The notes beneath the pieces are model-generated. The model had not been told where the DNA came from, made no database searches, and was given only the letters and a program-made list of their open reading frames with translations. The translations under genes were made by a program, and so were the position numbers. Shown piece after piece: positions 9,963 through 19,563 of a stretch of 64,000 nt of DNA. The stretch comes from Candidatus Methanomethylicia archaeon (GTDB lineage: Archaea; Thermoproteota; Methanomethylicia; Culexarchaeales; Culexarchaeaceae): positions 32,001 to 96,000 of the forward strand of contig JAVYVS010000004.1 of NCBI GenBank assembly GCA_038727515.1, in the 5' to 3' direction. The first letter of the stretch is position 1. Each line of letters opens with the position of its first letter.

Positions 9963-11045
9963 TCAGGATTCCATCACTTTTATGATTATATCCACTATCC
10001 TTTCTCCAGCTCTTCCATCTCCGAATGGATTAGGCCAATCTCTCTCCCTACTCATCATAATCCTCGCCTTTTCCAATATTACCTCAGGTTCAGTTCCAGC
10101 AATAATGTTTCCACCAACCTCTATTGTTTCAGGCCTTTCAGTATTGTACCTTAATGTTACGCATGGAACCTTCAATATGCATGCTTCCTCTTGAACCCCG
10201 CCTGAATCCGTAAATATGAGCCTTGCACTTCTCTCAAGAGCTAAGAAGGTTATGTAATCTACAGGATCTATCAAGGTGATACCATTAGCATCTATATTGT
10301 ATTCATACATTCTCTTTCTAGCCCTAGGATGTATTGGATAAATGATTGGTATGTTAAAGTTCTTCTCTACAAGCTTTAAACCTTCAATTATCTTTCTAAA
10401 TCTACCTTCATTATCCACATTTTCTTGTCTATGGACTGTAACAAGAAAGTATTCCTCCCTCTTCACACCTAGATCATCCAAAATATCATTGTCATCATCT
10501 ATGAGACTGATATTCTGGTACACAGCATCAACAATCGTGTTTCCCGTAATAAAAATCTTTCCATCATCTATACCCTCCTTAAGTAAGTTTGCCTTAGCTA
10601 CTTCGGTAGGTGCAAAAAGGATGTCTGAAACATGGTCTGTGATTATCCTATTTATTTCTTCAGGCATGCTCCTATCGTAGCTTCTCAATCCAGCTTCAAC
10701 ATGACCCACCACTACTCCAATTTTAACAGCTGCCAAGGCTCCAGCAACCACAGTATTAGTATCCCCCTCAACTAGTACAATGCTCGGCTTCTCCTTCAAA
10801 AGTACTCCTTCTATTCCAATCATCATCTTCCCCGTTTCTTCAGCATGGCTTCCTGAACCAACGTTTAGATTATACTTTGGCTGCGGAAGTTTCAGTTGCT
10901 CAAAGAAAATTCGATCCATATTGTATGAGTAGTGCTGACCAGTGTGTAGTATGAAGAAGTCTATGCCCCTCCTCTCAAGCTCCCCTATTATTGGAGACAT
11001 CTTTATTATTTCGGGTCTTGTACCGAGAATTATTGTAACCTTCAT
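9963..11045 (-). CDS. wecB: UDP-N-acetylglucosamine 2-epimerase (non-hydrolysing)
   Basis: GTRPEIIK; HTGQHY; GDTNT; HVEAGLRS; PEEINR; TDSGGVQEEA; TERPE; NPFGDG. Confidence 0.96.
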   Translation of the reverse strand: MKVTIILGTRPEIIKMSPIIGELERRGIDFFILHTGQHYSYNMDRIFFEQLKLPQPKYNLNVGSGSHAEETGKMMIGIEGVLLKEKPSIVLVEGDTNTVVAGALAAVKIGVVVGHVEAGLRSYDRSMPEEINRIITDHVSDILFAPTEVAKANLLKEGIDDGKIFITGNTIVDAVYQNISLIDDDNDILDDLGVKREEYFLVTVHRQENVDNEGRFRKIIEGLKLVEKNFNIPIIYPIHPRARKRMYEYNIDANGITLIDPVDYITFLALERSARLIFTDSGGVQEEACILKVPCVTLRYNTERPETIEVGGNIIAGTEPEVILEKARIMMSRERDWPNPFGDGRAGERIVDIIIKVMES

Positions 11046-11335
11046 TTCACCTTCCTAACCCTAAATATAACTGTTCCACCATCCGTATACGGTTTCCATG
11101 GATCCACACATTGTAGATATGCATTCTCCTTATCCTCCGGTTTTGTTAATCCAAGTTTCACTGGATCTGCACCTTCATCTAGAGCTACTGCGTAATGCAA
11201 TAATACCGATAATGCATGTATGCAGAGGGCGTCTGTTCTATCCAGTAATATTCTAGGTTCATCGATAACCATCCTATCATCAACACGGTGAACTGGGCAG
11301 TATCCTCTTACCTCTACAACTTCTATTTCAAGCAT
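11042..11335 (-). CDS. TIGR04076-family small Cys-containing protein
   Basis: VVEVRGYCPVH...LCIHAL...YLQCVDP...GGTVIF pattern. Confidence 0.7.
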   Translation of the reverse strand: MLEIEVVEVRGYCPVHRVDDRMVIDEPRILLDRTDALCIHALSVLLHYAVALDEGADPVKLGLTKPEDKENAYLQCVDPWKPYTDGGTVIFRVRKVK

Positions 11336-12227
11336 ATTTTGCCTCCCTAACCAATGATACTAGTACCCATAGTATTATTGCTGTTGTCAGTAATGTGAGA
11401 CCAATCAATGTTGTAGCCATGGCTATTATTGCGATGTTAGTTGCTATCTGCCTCGTTGCGGTGAATATCTGTAGCGTCCATATCCAGAATGAGATTGCTA
11501 TCAGCATCGATATGAAACCTGGTAATCCATAGAATAGTAGTGGGCGTCTTATGGACATATACTTCACCATACTCAATACTACGCTTAAACCATGCATTAT
11601 TGGATTTTGAGTAGAAGAATCCTCATCATACCTTACCTCTACTGGTACCTCAACTATCCTTAAATCATGCTCCTTAGCCTTCATCAATATCTCGGTACTT
11701 ACTCCCATTTCGCTTTCGCTTGGATAAATTAGTTCTATGGCCCTCCTGCCATATGCTCTATATCCAGATTGAGCATCCGTTATGTTCTTGTATGAGGTTT
11801 TTTTAGCGATCTTCGTTATCATCTTTATCCCAAACTTCCTATATCTTGGAATATTACCTTTTATGCTGCCGATGAACCTCGACCCTATCACTATATCAGC
11901 CTCCTTCCTCAGTATAGGCTCGATGAGCCTTGGAATTTCGTTGGGATTATGCTGATCATCAGCATCCAACGTAACCATAACATCTGCACCAATCTCTCTA
12001 GCCTTTTCGAATAGAGTCGATAGGGCTGCACCATAACCTTGATTACGTTCATGCCTAATTACCATAGCACCAAGCTTCTTCGCAATCTCTCCAGTCATGT
12101 CATTGGAACCATCATCACAGACGATAATCTTGTCCACATATTTTTGTGTAAGCAAAACAACTCTGCCTATGGTCCTCTCCTCATTGAAGGCTGGGATGCA
12201 TGCGACAATTAACGGTCTATCTTTCAA
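11328..12227 (-). CDS. GT2 polyprenyl/dolichol-phosphate glycosyltransferase (DPM1-like) with two C-terminal TM helices
   Basis: IPAFNEE; VCDDGSND; NQGYGAA; LDADDQH; GSRF; DAQSGYRAY. Confidence 0.9.
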   Translation of the reverse strand: MKDRPLIVACIPAFNEERTIGRVVLLTQKYVDKIIVCDDGSNDMTGEIAKKLGAMVIRHERNQGYGAALSTLFEKAREIGADVMVTLDADDQHNPNEIPRLIEPILRKEADIVIGSRFIGSIKGNIPRYRKFGIKMITKIAKKTSYKNITDAQSGYRAYGRRAIELIYPSESEMGVSTEILMKAKEHDLRIVEVPVEVRYDEDSSTQNPIMHGLSVVLSMVKYMSIRRPLLFYGLPGFISMLIAISFWIWTLQIFTATRQIATNIAIIAMATTLIGLTLLTTAIILWVLVSLVREAKYA

Positions 12228-12310
12228 CCTTCTCCACTAATCGAAGTCAATAACAGTAAACACAAAACCTTTCATATTCATTTACCGACGTATTTGTACA
12301 ACTCTAGGGT

Positions 12311-12703
12311 TCATATAGTTATATTAACCTTCATGTATGGTGGATTGTTTATTTCCATAAACCCAATATATAATATGTAATTTTTATCCATAATCCAGTT
12401 TAATAGTTTTGGGAATAATTTTAAGATTGTATGGTTGGTTAAGAGTTTGCGGACTTTCTCGAAACCAGTTTTTAAAGCTTCCCTTTTCGGAGTGGATTTC
12501 AATTTTTCAATAATGGGTGTCAAAATTTTTAAGACTTCTAAACTTTTTATCTTGCCCGCAAACCTACAGTAAATCATGCAAACCCTATAGAAAGCTTTCT
12601 CATACATATCCAATTTACATATGTTACTATTCCTATGGGCTTTAACCCATAGGTTCTTCAAATCTTCATAGTATACTGGTTCAATAAAATTATCAGCGGA
12701 CAT
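12311..12703 (-). CDS. Hypothetical protein
   Basis: 130-aa ORF with ATG start and plausible composition; no recognised motif. Confidence 0.6.
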   Translation of the reverse strand: MSADNFIEPVYYEDLKNLWVKAHRNSNICKLDMYEKAFYRVCMIYCRFAGKIKSLEVLKILTPIIEKLKSTPKREALKTGFEKVRKLLTNHTILKLFPKLLNWIMDKNYILYIGFMEINNPPYMKVNITI

Positions 12704-13018
12704 TATTGAATCTGTAATATAAAATATGGTTTTATATGGTATTTATACTTTATTTTTTTAATTTTATTTTTTTTATAATTTATTGATTTTTTCTTTTATT
12801 AAATGTGAAACCTTCATTTCGATGGTTTAATTAATCTACACATGACTTCTATATGCAGTTTATGGTGTTAGGAAGTTTACATAGTTTTGGGTTTAAGTCT
12901 TGTTTGAAGGTTTGAGGTTGAGGAATGGGTTTAGGTTTTCTGGTAAAGTTAAGTATACCTTCTTTATTCCATAACTTTTTTAGCTCCCTTTTATTCTTTA
13001 AATTATTTTGGTGTTTGT

Positions 13019-13972
13019 TTGAAGGTTTTTGTTACTGGTGCTGCTGGTTTTATTGGTAGTCATTTGGTGGATAGACTTCTCAATTTGGGTTTTGAGGTTT
13101 ATGGTTTGGATAATCTGTCTAGTGGTTCTATTGGTAATTTGTCCATGGCTTTTAATCATGGTGGTTTTAGTTTTGTTAAGGCTGATCTCCTTGAGCCCTC
13201 TAGTTGGATTGATTTTCTTGGTTGTGTGGATGTGGTTTTCCATTTTGCAGCTAACCCTGAGGTTAGGCATTCCTTTAGGGATCCATTGGATCATTATAGG
13301 AATAATGTTGAAGCAACTTTGATTTTGCTTGAGGCTTGTAGGAAGTTTAATGTTGGATTATTTGTTTTTGCATCTAGTAGTACTGTTTATGGTGATCCCG
13401 AAGTTATTCCAACCCCTGAAAACCATCCCATTAAGCCTATTAGTGTTTATGGGGCTACTAAAGCTTTATGTGAACTTCTATGTGAAGTTTACTCTAAACT
13501 TTATGGTGTTAGATCCCTTGTTTTAAGGTATGCTAATGTTGTTGGGCCTAGATTAACCCATGGCGTTATAGTTGACTTCATAAATAAACTTAAATTTAAT
13601 CCGAAGGTTCTTGAGATTCTTGGTGATGGAACTCAGGTTAAGAGTTACTTGTATATTGATGATGCTATTGATGCAACTATAATGGCATTCAATAAATTTT
13701 TAGGGGAAGATTTAGGGTTTGAAGTTTATAATGTTGGTTCAATGGATAGGATATGTGTTAGGGAGATTGCTGATATAATTGTTTCAAGTATGGGTTTGGA
13801 GGGTGTTAGATACATTTATAAGCCTATGACTAGTGATGGTAGAGGTTGGCCTGGTGATGTTAAAGTTATGTTGCTTGATATTTCTAAGATTATGGGTAGG
13901 GTTGGTTGGAAGCCTAGGTATAATAGTGGGATGGCTGTGAGGGAGACTGTTAAGAATTTGATAAATGTATAA
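13019..13972 (+). CDS. UDP-glucose 4-epimerase-like NAD-dependent epimerase
   Basis: VTGAAGFIGSHLVD; HFAANPEV; SSSTVYG; YGATK; RYANVVG; GWPGDV. Confidence 0.92.
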   Translation: MKVFVTGAAGFIGSHLVDRLLNLGFEVYGLDNLSSGSIGNLSMAFNHGGFSFVKADLLEPSSWIDFLGCVDVVFHFAANPEVRHSFRDPLDHYRNNVEATLILLEACRKFNVGLFVFASSSTVYGDPEVIPTPENHPIKPISVYGATKALCELLCEVYSKLYGVRSLVLRYANVVGPRLTHGVIVDFINKLKFNPKVLEILGDGTQVKSYLYIDDAIDATIMAFNKFLGEDLGFEVYNVGSMDRICVREIADIIVSSMGLEGVRYIYKPMTSDGRGWPGDVKVMLLDISKIMGRVGWKPRYNSGMAVRETVKNLINV

Positions 13973-14019
13973 ACCTATATATAGGTAAACCTTTATATAG
14001 TTTTCCTATCAATTATTGT

Positions 14020-14925
14020 TTGATATTTATGAATGTTAGATTGATTATGGGTATTGGAGTTTTAGGGTCTATAATAACATTAGTTATGTGTATTCAAATT
14101 GTATCTAATGTGTTTATAAGTCTTGGTTTATCTTTCCCAAGGGATGTTATAAGTATACCTGAACCTTATAGGTCTATGGTGAGTTTACATGCAACTTTAA
14201 TAGCTTTCCTCTTAGCTTTCATTTTAGCTTCAGTTAAACTTCATATTTGGTATTCATCATTATGTGTATTTTCATCTGCAATAATATCTTTGGTGGCTAT
14301 ATTTTCACAGAATATTTACGGTTTAATTCTACCATCAATAATAGTGTTTCCATTGGCCATTGGCTTCATACTATCCATATCTTCAAGTTTAATTATGTTT
14401 TTCAGAGTTGAGAAACCCAAGAAAATCTTTAGTTTAACTCCAATTGAGATTTCTGTTACCGCTATTCTTAGTGCTTTACAAGCTTTTCTCACAGCTTCTG
14501 TTGGCGCTATTTTCCCATCACCCACTGGAGGCTACACACATATTGGTGATACAATAACCTTTATAGCTGCCTTCCTATTTGGAGCTAAGATTAGTACTTT
14601 AACTGGAGTTATTGGTAGTCTTGTTGCAGACTTTTACTTGGCGTATCCAAGGTGGTATGTATCTATTTTGGCTCATGGAGCTGAAGGTTTAATTGCAGGT
14701 TTATCTTATCGTAGGAGTCTTCCAATTAAAATTATCTTATCGATTATAGCTGGGTTTTCCATGGCTTTCACATACTTTTACGTTAATATTTTCATTAAGG
14801 GTTATGCTCCAGCCCTCATATCCTTTATGAGGGATTTCTTTGGTCAAGCATTAATCTCCCTACTGTTAGCTTTAATATTGTATAAACCTCTTGAGAAAGC
14901 TTTGAAAATTGGTATGCGTGGTTAA
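14020..14925 (+). CDS. ECF transporter S-component with an additional N-terminal membrane domain
   Basis: C-terminal ~165 aa contains PSPTGGYTHIGDTITFIAAFLFG...GSLVADF...HGAEGLIAG (ECF S, HmpT/PdxU-like). The N-terminal ~130 aa has about four extra hydrophobic helices. Confidence 0.75.
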   Translation: MIFMNVRLIMGIGVLGSIITLVMCIQIVSNVFISLGLSFPRDVISIPEPYRSMVSLHATLIAFLLAFILASVKLHIWYSSLCVFSSAIISLVAIFSQNIYGLILPSIIVFPLAIGFILSISSSLIMFFRVEKPKKIFSLTPIEISVTAILSALQAFLTASVGAIFPSPTGGYTHIGDTITFIAAFLFGAKISTLTGVIGSLVADFYLAYPRWYVSILAHGAEGLIAGLSYRRSLPIKIILSIIAGFSMAFTYFYVNIFIKGYAPALISFMRDFFGQALISLLLALILYKPLEKALKIGMRG

Positions 14926-16337
14926 ATTATGGATTTACCCTTTTCAGTTAATTTATAATATTCTCTAATTCTACCCATGGTTTTAATGGTTCTACTTTTA
15001 TCAACATATCCCTCCCTCAATAATTCCTTTATGTGTTGGTATAGTGTAGGCATTTTCAATTCCACTCCATAATAATCCTTTAATTTCCTCCAAATACCAT
15101 AACCATAATTTTCCCCTTCACTTAGTATCCTCATTATCATTAGCTTTGTATCTCCAATGGTTTTTCCATCCATATCCTTTATTAATCCACCAATTTTCGG
15201 ACTTTGAACTGCTATTTCCCTTAGGATTTTGGGGTCTTTTAATCCACTTCCAGTTATTATGCATACAACCCTACTATTCCTTTCAATACTTCCACTTCTA
15301 ACTAGGTTTTCTAGTGCAGCTATAGTTAAGCTTGCAGCTGGTTCTGCAAGTATACCTTCATATCTAGCTAGATTCTTCAAGGCTCTTATAGCTTCAGCTT
15401 CTTCTATTGCCACTGCTAAGCCATTGGTTTCCCTTATGGCTTTTAATGCTGCTAATCCATATCTAGGTTTTGGATGATTTAAATCGTGTATGCTTGTTTC
15501 AGCAAAATCCACTTCCACATCCTTTGAATTTTCTTCGAAGGCTTTAACTATGGGTGAACATCCCTTTGGTTGTACTCCAACTATCTTTGGCTTCTCTTTT
15601 AATATTCCAAGTTTAATGGCTTCCATTAAAGCTTTATATGTACTATACGCTAATCCTCCAATCCCCATGGGGAGTATTATGTATTCTGGTGGAGGATTTA
15701 ATTGTAGGATTAACTCCCAAATAATTGTCTTTTTCGCTTCATTTATTAATGGATCGTATTCCACTTCATGTATTTTAACCCCTTTTACAAGTTCAGTTTT
15801 CGGTATTACTTCTGCTCCATATGCAATTATTTGATATAGTTTTCCAATATCCATGTTTCTATCGAAGTAAACCTTTAATTTTATTGATGCTTTAGCCATA
15901 TAGGCTGCTAGTGAAGAACTTAAATTACCCTTTGAATATATTGTTAACTCTCTGATTTTCATGTCTAGAATTTTTGATGTGAATAATGCTGAAGATCTAT
16001 CTAGATAGGACCCTGTTGGTTCCATGGTTTCATCTTTAAACCATAAGTCTAAACCTAAATCTAATCCAATCCTCCTACTGTGATGGATGAATGTATTTCC
16101 TTCACCTAAACTAATCCTATAATTCTCATTTACATGGGGGAGGATTTTTGAAAACTTCCATATACCACTACAACCCTCTGAAAATTCCATTTTACTTAAA
16201 TCTTTCAATTGGAATGTTAATCCACATCCACATTTAATGCAGTATTTAAGGTTTATATCATAATCATATTCTTCCCCACATCCAGTACATTTCAACTTTT
16301 CCATAACTATCCCAAATCCCCAAATAATATTTATCAT
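14922..16337 (-). CDS. Threonine-synthase-fold (PLP type II) protein lacking the Schiff-base lysine, fused to a C-terminal PadR-like wHTH
   Basis: N-terminal CxxC/CxxC Zn ribbon; SLGEGNT; PTGSYLDR; EPAAS; TGSGLKD; C-terminal YGYGIWRKL...TLYQHIKELLREGYV...YYKLTEKG. The start may be at MEKLKC. Confidence 0.85.
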   Translation of the reverse strand: MINIIWGFGIVMEKLKCTGCGEEYDYDINLKYCIKCGCGLTFQLKDLSKMEFSEGCSGIWKFSKILPHVNENYRISLGEGNTFIHHSRRIGLDLGLDLWFKDETMEPTGSYLDRSSALFTSKILDMKIRELTIYSKGNLSSSLAAYMAKASIKLKVYFDRNMDIGKLYQIIAYGAEVIPKTELVKGVKIHEVEYDPLINEAKKTIIWELILQLNPPPEYIILPMGIGGLAYSTYKALMEAIKLGILKEKPKIVGVQPKGCSPIVKAFEENSKDVEVDFAETSIHDLNHPKPRYGLAALKAIRETNGLAVAIEEAEAIRALKNLARYEGILAEPAASLTIAALENLVRSGSIERNSRVVCIITGSGLKDPKILREIAVQSPKIGGLIKDMDGKTIGDTKLMIMRILSEGENYGYGIWRKLKDYYGVELKMPTLYQHIKELLREGYVDKSRTIKTMGRIREYYKLTEKGKSII

Positions 16338-17405
16338 TTAAATTGTTAAATTTTGGTTAATGTATTCTTTAGTATTGGATCTAGAATTTCATATTCACCT
16401 CTTCTAATTCTAGCAATATAACCTCACATAATCAAACTGTCTATGTACCTCTTTAACTCTGAATCGTATACTACAGTTTTCTTTTTCCTCTCAAAATAAT
16501 CCTTTATTTCACTCCAACTATTATATCCTTTAGCTATGCTTCAACGATATGTAGATAGTTTCTTGAGAAGTGCGTTAATTCTTCTATAACTATTTTTGAA
16601 GCTTTTTCCATAGTTTCATCAATGATTTCTTTATTTAGAATACCCATTTTAACGGCTTTTGCTCCAAGTTCATTCAGCCATCCAACAACTCCATCCAATT
16701 TCTCAACGGCATAAATAATTAAATCTTCATCTACCTCCATACCATATTCTGAAAAACCCTTTTTCAAGAAGTTTATTGAGGTATCCCTTGAAAATCTTTC
16801 AAGTCTAATTTCCTCTAAATGCCTTCCATATAATGGTGAATTTGGTTGGTTTATGCGTAGTAGATCATATAGCAATCCAGCTTCTGAACCTGTTAAAATA
16901 AATGAAATATTTCTACAATAATCATAGCAGTGGGCTAGAATTTGAGTTACTACTTCACTAAGATTCCCCCCTAAAATTCTGTGCTTCGTCTATGGCTATC
17001 ACCATTCCCCCAAATCATTAATTCTATCTAGAATTGATTGTAAATCAACTCTCTCCCTTATATCCCATGATAATGATATTTCAAAATCAAAAATTCTTAC
17101 ACCATTTATATGTTTCAACAAATTGGATAATATACCCTTATAAAATTTAGAGTTTAATTGTGTAATTACGTTTGAGAACATTGAATATAGGGATTTATAA
17201 GATTTAATTGGTCCTCTAACATCCATTATTGAGTATGGCATTCCACATTCATTTAAAAATACTTTTAGAACAGATGTTTTCCCAATCCTCCTCATTCCCG
17301 TTAGTAGTATTATCGGTTTCCCATAGCCTTCTTTAATTCTTCTAATTCTCTTTCTCTATCGTATAAGTCCTTCCTATTTTCCTTTGGTCTTTCATCAAAT
17401 AACAT
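16338..17405 (-). pseudogene. Archaeal AAA ATPase (ATPase_2 type) pseudogene
   Basis: MLFDERPKENRKDLYDRERE, fs, GMRRIGKTS (Walker A), fs, VIAIDEAQ (Walker B), fs, LTGSEAGLL...SPLYGR, fs, GYNSWSEIK...LIM*GYI...YEILDP. Four indels and one nonsense codon. Confidence 0.9.
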
Positions 17406-17486
17406 AACTAACACCCTGATAGTAATAACCTATCTATATTACTCTCTTTTAACAAGCTATATATTGTCCTTAATCAAATTTTAGTT

Positions 17487-18635
17487 TTGGTGTTTTTATT
17501 GGAGTTTTATGAACGTGAACCTCCTATTCCACCTGAAGAATATCTACGTATAGATTCCTTTGAACTTAAGAGTTTTGTTTCCAATATATATCATAGTCTC
17601 GGCGCCTCTGAGTTTGATGCTGATATTGTTGCAGAAGTTCTTGTTACTGCTGATCTTTTTGGGATTTCTAGTCATGGTGTTCAGAGGGTTTCAAGGTATG
17701 TTGGTGGTATAAAGTGTGGGAATATAAATCTTAAGCCAAACATTAAGTTTTATGGTAGAGGTGCTGTTGGAGTTGTTGATGGTGATAGAGGTTTTGGTCA
17801 GGTGGTTGGTGTTAAAGCTATGGAGATTGTTCTTGAGAAGGTTAGAGATTATGGTGTTGGAGTGGTTTTAGCTAGGAATAGTAATCATTATGGTATTGCT
17901 GGGTATTATGCTTTAAAGGCTGTGGAGCATGGGTATATTGGTTTTTCATCCACTAATTCAGATAAACTTGTATCATACGTTAATACAGTTGGCAGATTTC
18001 TAGGTACAAACCCCATAGCCATTGCAATTCCAACGTTAAATCCACCGCCAATACTCTTTGATGCAGCTACATCCATAATTCCAGTTGGGAAGATTGAAGT
18101 TTATTCTAAACTTGGACGTGAACTACCACCTGGTTTCGTCATAGATCTTGATGGAAACGTATTGTTTGGAGATGCAAAGAAGATTTTAAATCAGCTCAGG
18201 GAGGGGAGAGCTTCAATACTACCACTTGGAGGTTTAGGTGAAGAGTATGGTGGTCATAAAGGCTCTGGATTTGCATTTATAGTGGATATACTATGTGGAG
18301 TTCTTTCTGGAGCTGCTTGGAGTTTTCATGTGGGTTATACTATTGGAGATAAACCTTCAAATGTAGGTCATGCCTTTATGGCTTGGGATATAGAATCCTT
18401 TATGCCAAAACAAGAATTTCTATCTAGAATTGAGCAATACATAAATGAAATTAAATCCTTAAAAAAGCATCCAAAGGCTGATGCAATATGGATTCCAGGT
18501 GAAAAAGCTTGGAAAACCATGCAAACAAGACTTAAAATAGGGATACCAATACATAGAAACGTCTATGATGAGCTTAATAAAATAGCTTTTGAAATTGGGT
18601 TAAAGAGAGAATTAAAAATCTTAATTAAACGTTAA
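17487..18635 (+). CDS. Ldh_2 family oxidoreductase (malate/lactate/sulfolactate/ureidoglycolate dehydrogenase type)
   Basis: ADLFGISSHG; NSNHYGIAGYY; GTNPIAIA; FDAATS; GGHKGSG; IPGE. Confidence 0.9.
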   Translation: MVFLLEFYEREPPIPPEEYLRIDSFELKSFVSNIYHSLGASEFDADIVAEVLVTADLFGISSHGVQRVSRYVGGIKCGNINLKPNIKFYGRGAVGVVDGDRGFGQVVGVKAMEIVLEKVRDYGVGVVLARNSNHYGIAGYYALKAVEHGYIGFSSTNSDKLVSYVNTVGRFLGTNPIAIAIPTLNPPPILFDAATSIIPVGKIEVYSKLGRELPPGFVIDLDGNVLFGDAKKILNQLREGRASILPLGGLGEEYGGHKGSGFAFIVDILCGVLSGAAWSFHVGYTIGDKPSNVGHAFMAWDIESFMPKQEFLSRIEQYINEIKSLKKHPKADAIWIPGEKAWKTMQTRLKIGIPIHRNVYDELNKIAFEIGLKRELKILIKR

Positions 18636-18700
18636 GTTTCATCTAGAATTTCAGATATTCAAATTTAATTAATAAGTGAGGATTTATATGTGAATGATAA

Positions 18701-19467
18701 TTGAATATTTATGGTATGACCTTTGAAACTCTTTCAAGAGAAGAGAAGTTGAGAATATTGAAAGCTTTAGAAGAAGATTTAGAGTTTAGGTATGCAGTGG
18801 CAGGTTTAATTGGGATCTCCGAAATATTAAGGAGATTAGATAGATTTGAAGAAGGACAAAATAAATTATGGGAAAACCAAAAAAGGTTATGGGAAGCTCA
18901 AAACAAATTATGGGAAAATCAAAACAAACTGTGGGAGGAGGTTAAAAGTCTAAGAGAAGGCCAGAATAAACTATGGGAGGAAATCAAAAACCTAAGAGAA
19001 GGCCAAAATAAGCTGTGGGAAGAGGTTAGAGAACTGAGGGTTAATTATAGGATATTGGAAAAGAGTTTAAATGCTTTAAGAGAGTCCATGATAAGTGGTT
19101 TTAGTGAGTTAAGTAAATTTGCAGGTTTAACCTTTGAAGAATTTGTTAGAAAATTCTTAACTAACTATTTAAGAAGCATGGGGGTTATATCAGAGAATGT
19201 TGAATTTAAACCCATAAATATAGATGGAGAGGAAATAAACATATTCCTTGAAGACCCCTCATAGTTGGAGAAGTAACATCTTATAGTGAAAGTCTACAAG
19301 AATTTGAGAAACTTATTAGAAAGATTGAGATTATTAAACAGAAGTATAAGAGGGAGCCTAAGAAATACCTCATAATATTAACGGTTAAAGAAGATGTGGT
19401 TGATGTCCTTAGGAAATCCTGTGAAGAAATGGATATAGAGCTTATTATAGGTAAAGTGGTAAAGTAA
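18701..19467 (+). pseudogene. Coiled-coil repeat + PD-(D/E)XK-like protein (DUF3782/paREP-like), split by a 1-nt frameshift near 19256
   Basis: LEEDLEFRYAVAGLIG N-terminus and heptad repeats. After GAAGACCCCTC the reading continues in another frame as PLIVGEVTSYSESLQEFEKLIRK...IELIIGKVVK* (stop 19465-19467). Confidence 0.75.
18851..19039 (+). repeat. Intragenic 21-nt (heptad) tandem repeats, 9 units
   Basis: Units such as GAAGGACAAAATAAATTATGG, GAAAACCAAAAAAGGTTATGG and GAAGCTCAAAACAAATTATGG, encoding EGQNKLW/EEVKSLR. Confidence 0.85.
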
Positions 19468-19563
19468 AATTTAGTATCATCTAATATTAAATGGTTTCTT
19501 TAATTTCATTAATCCTTTCACATATACTAGAGGTAAATCTTAATTTATTGTGATTATTATAAT

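Noticed and set aside
12704-13018. AT-rich intergenic region as a replication origin
   Set aside because: No ORB-like repeats or adjacent cdc6/orc1 gene recognised; it more likely marks the island boundary
18851-19039. Possible CRISPR array
   Set aside because: The repeats are 21-nt, in-frame, degenerate at synonymous positions and have no spacers; no cas genes are in the window
19262-19264. TAG read-through (pyrrolysine) in the coiled-coil gene
   Set aside because: The homologous continuation is in a different frame, so a 1-nt indel explains it
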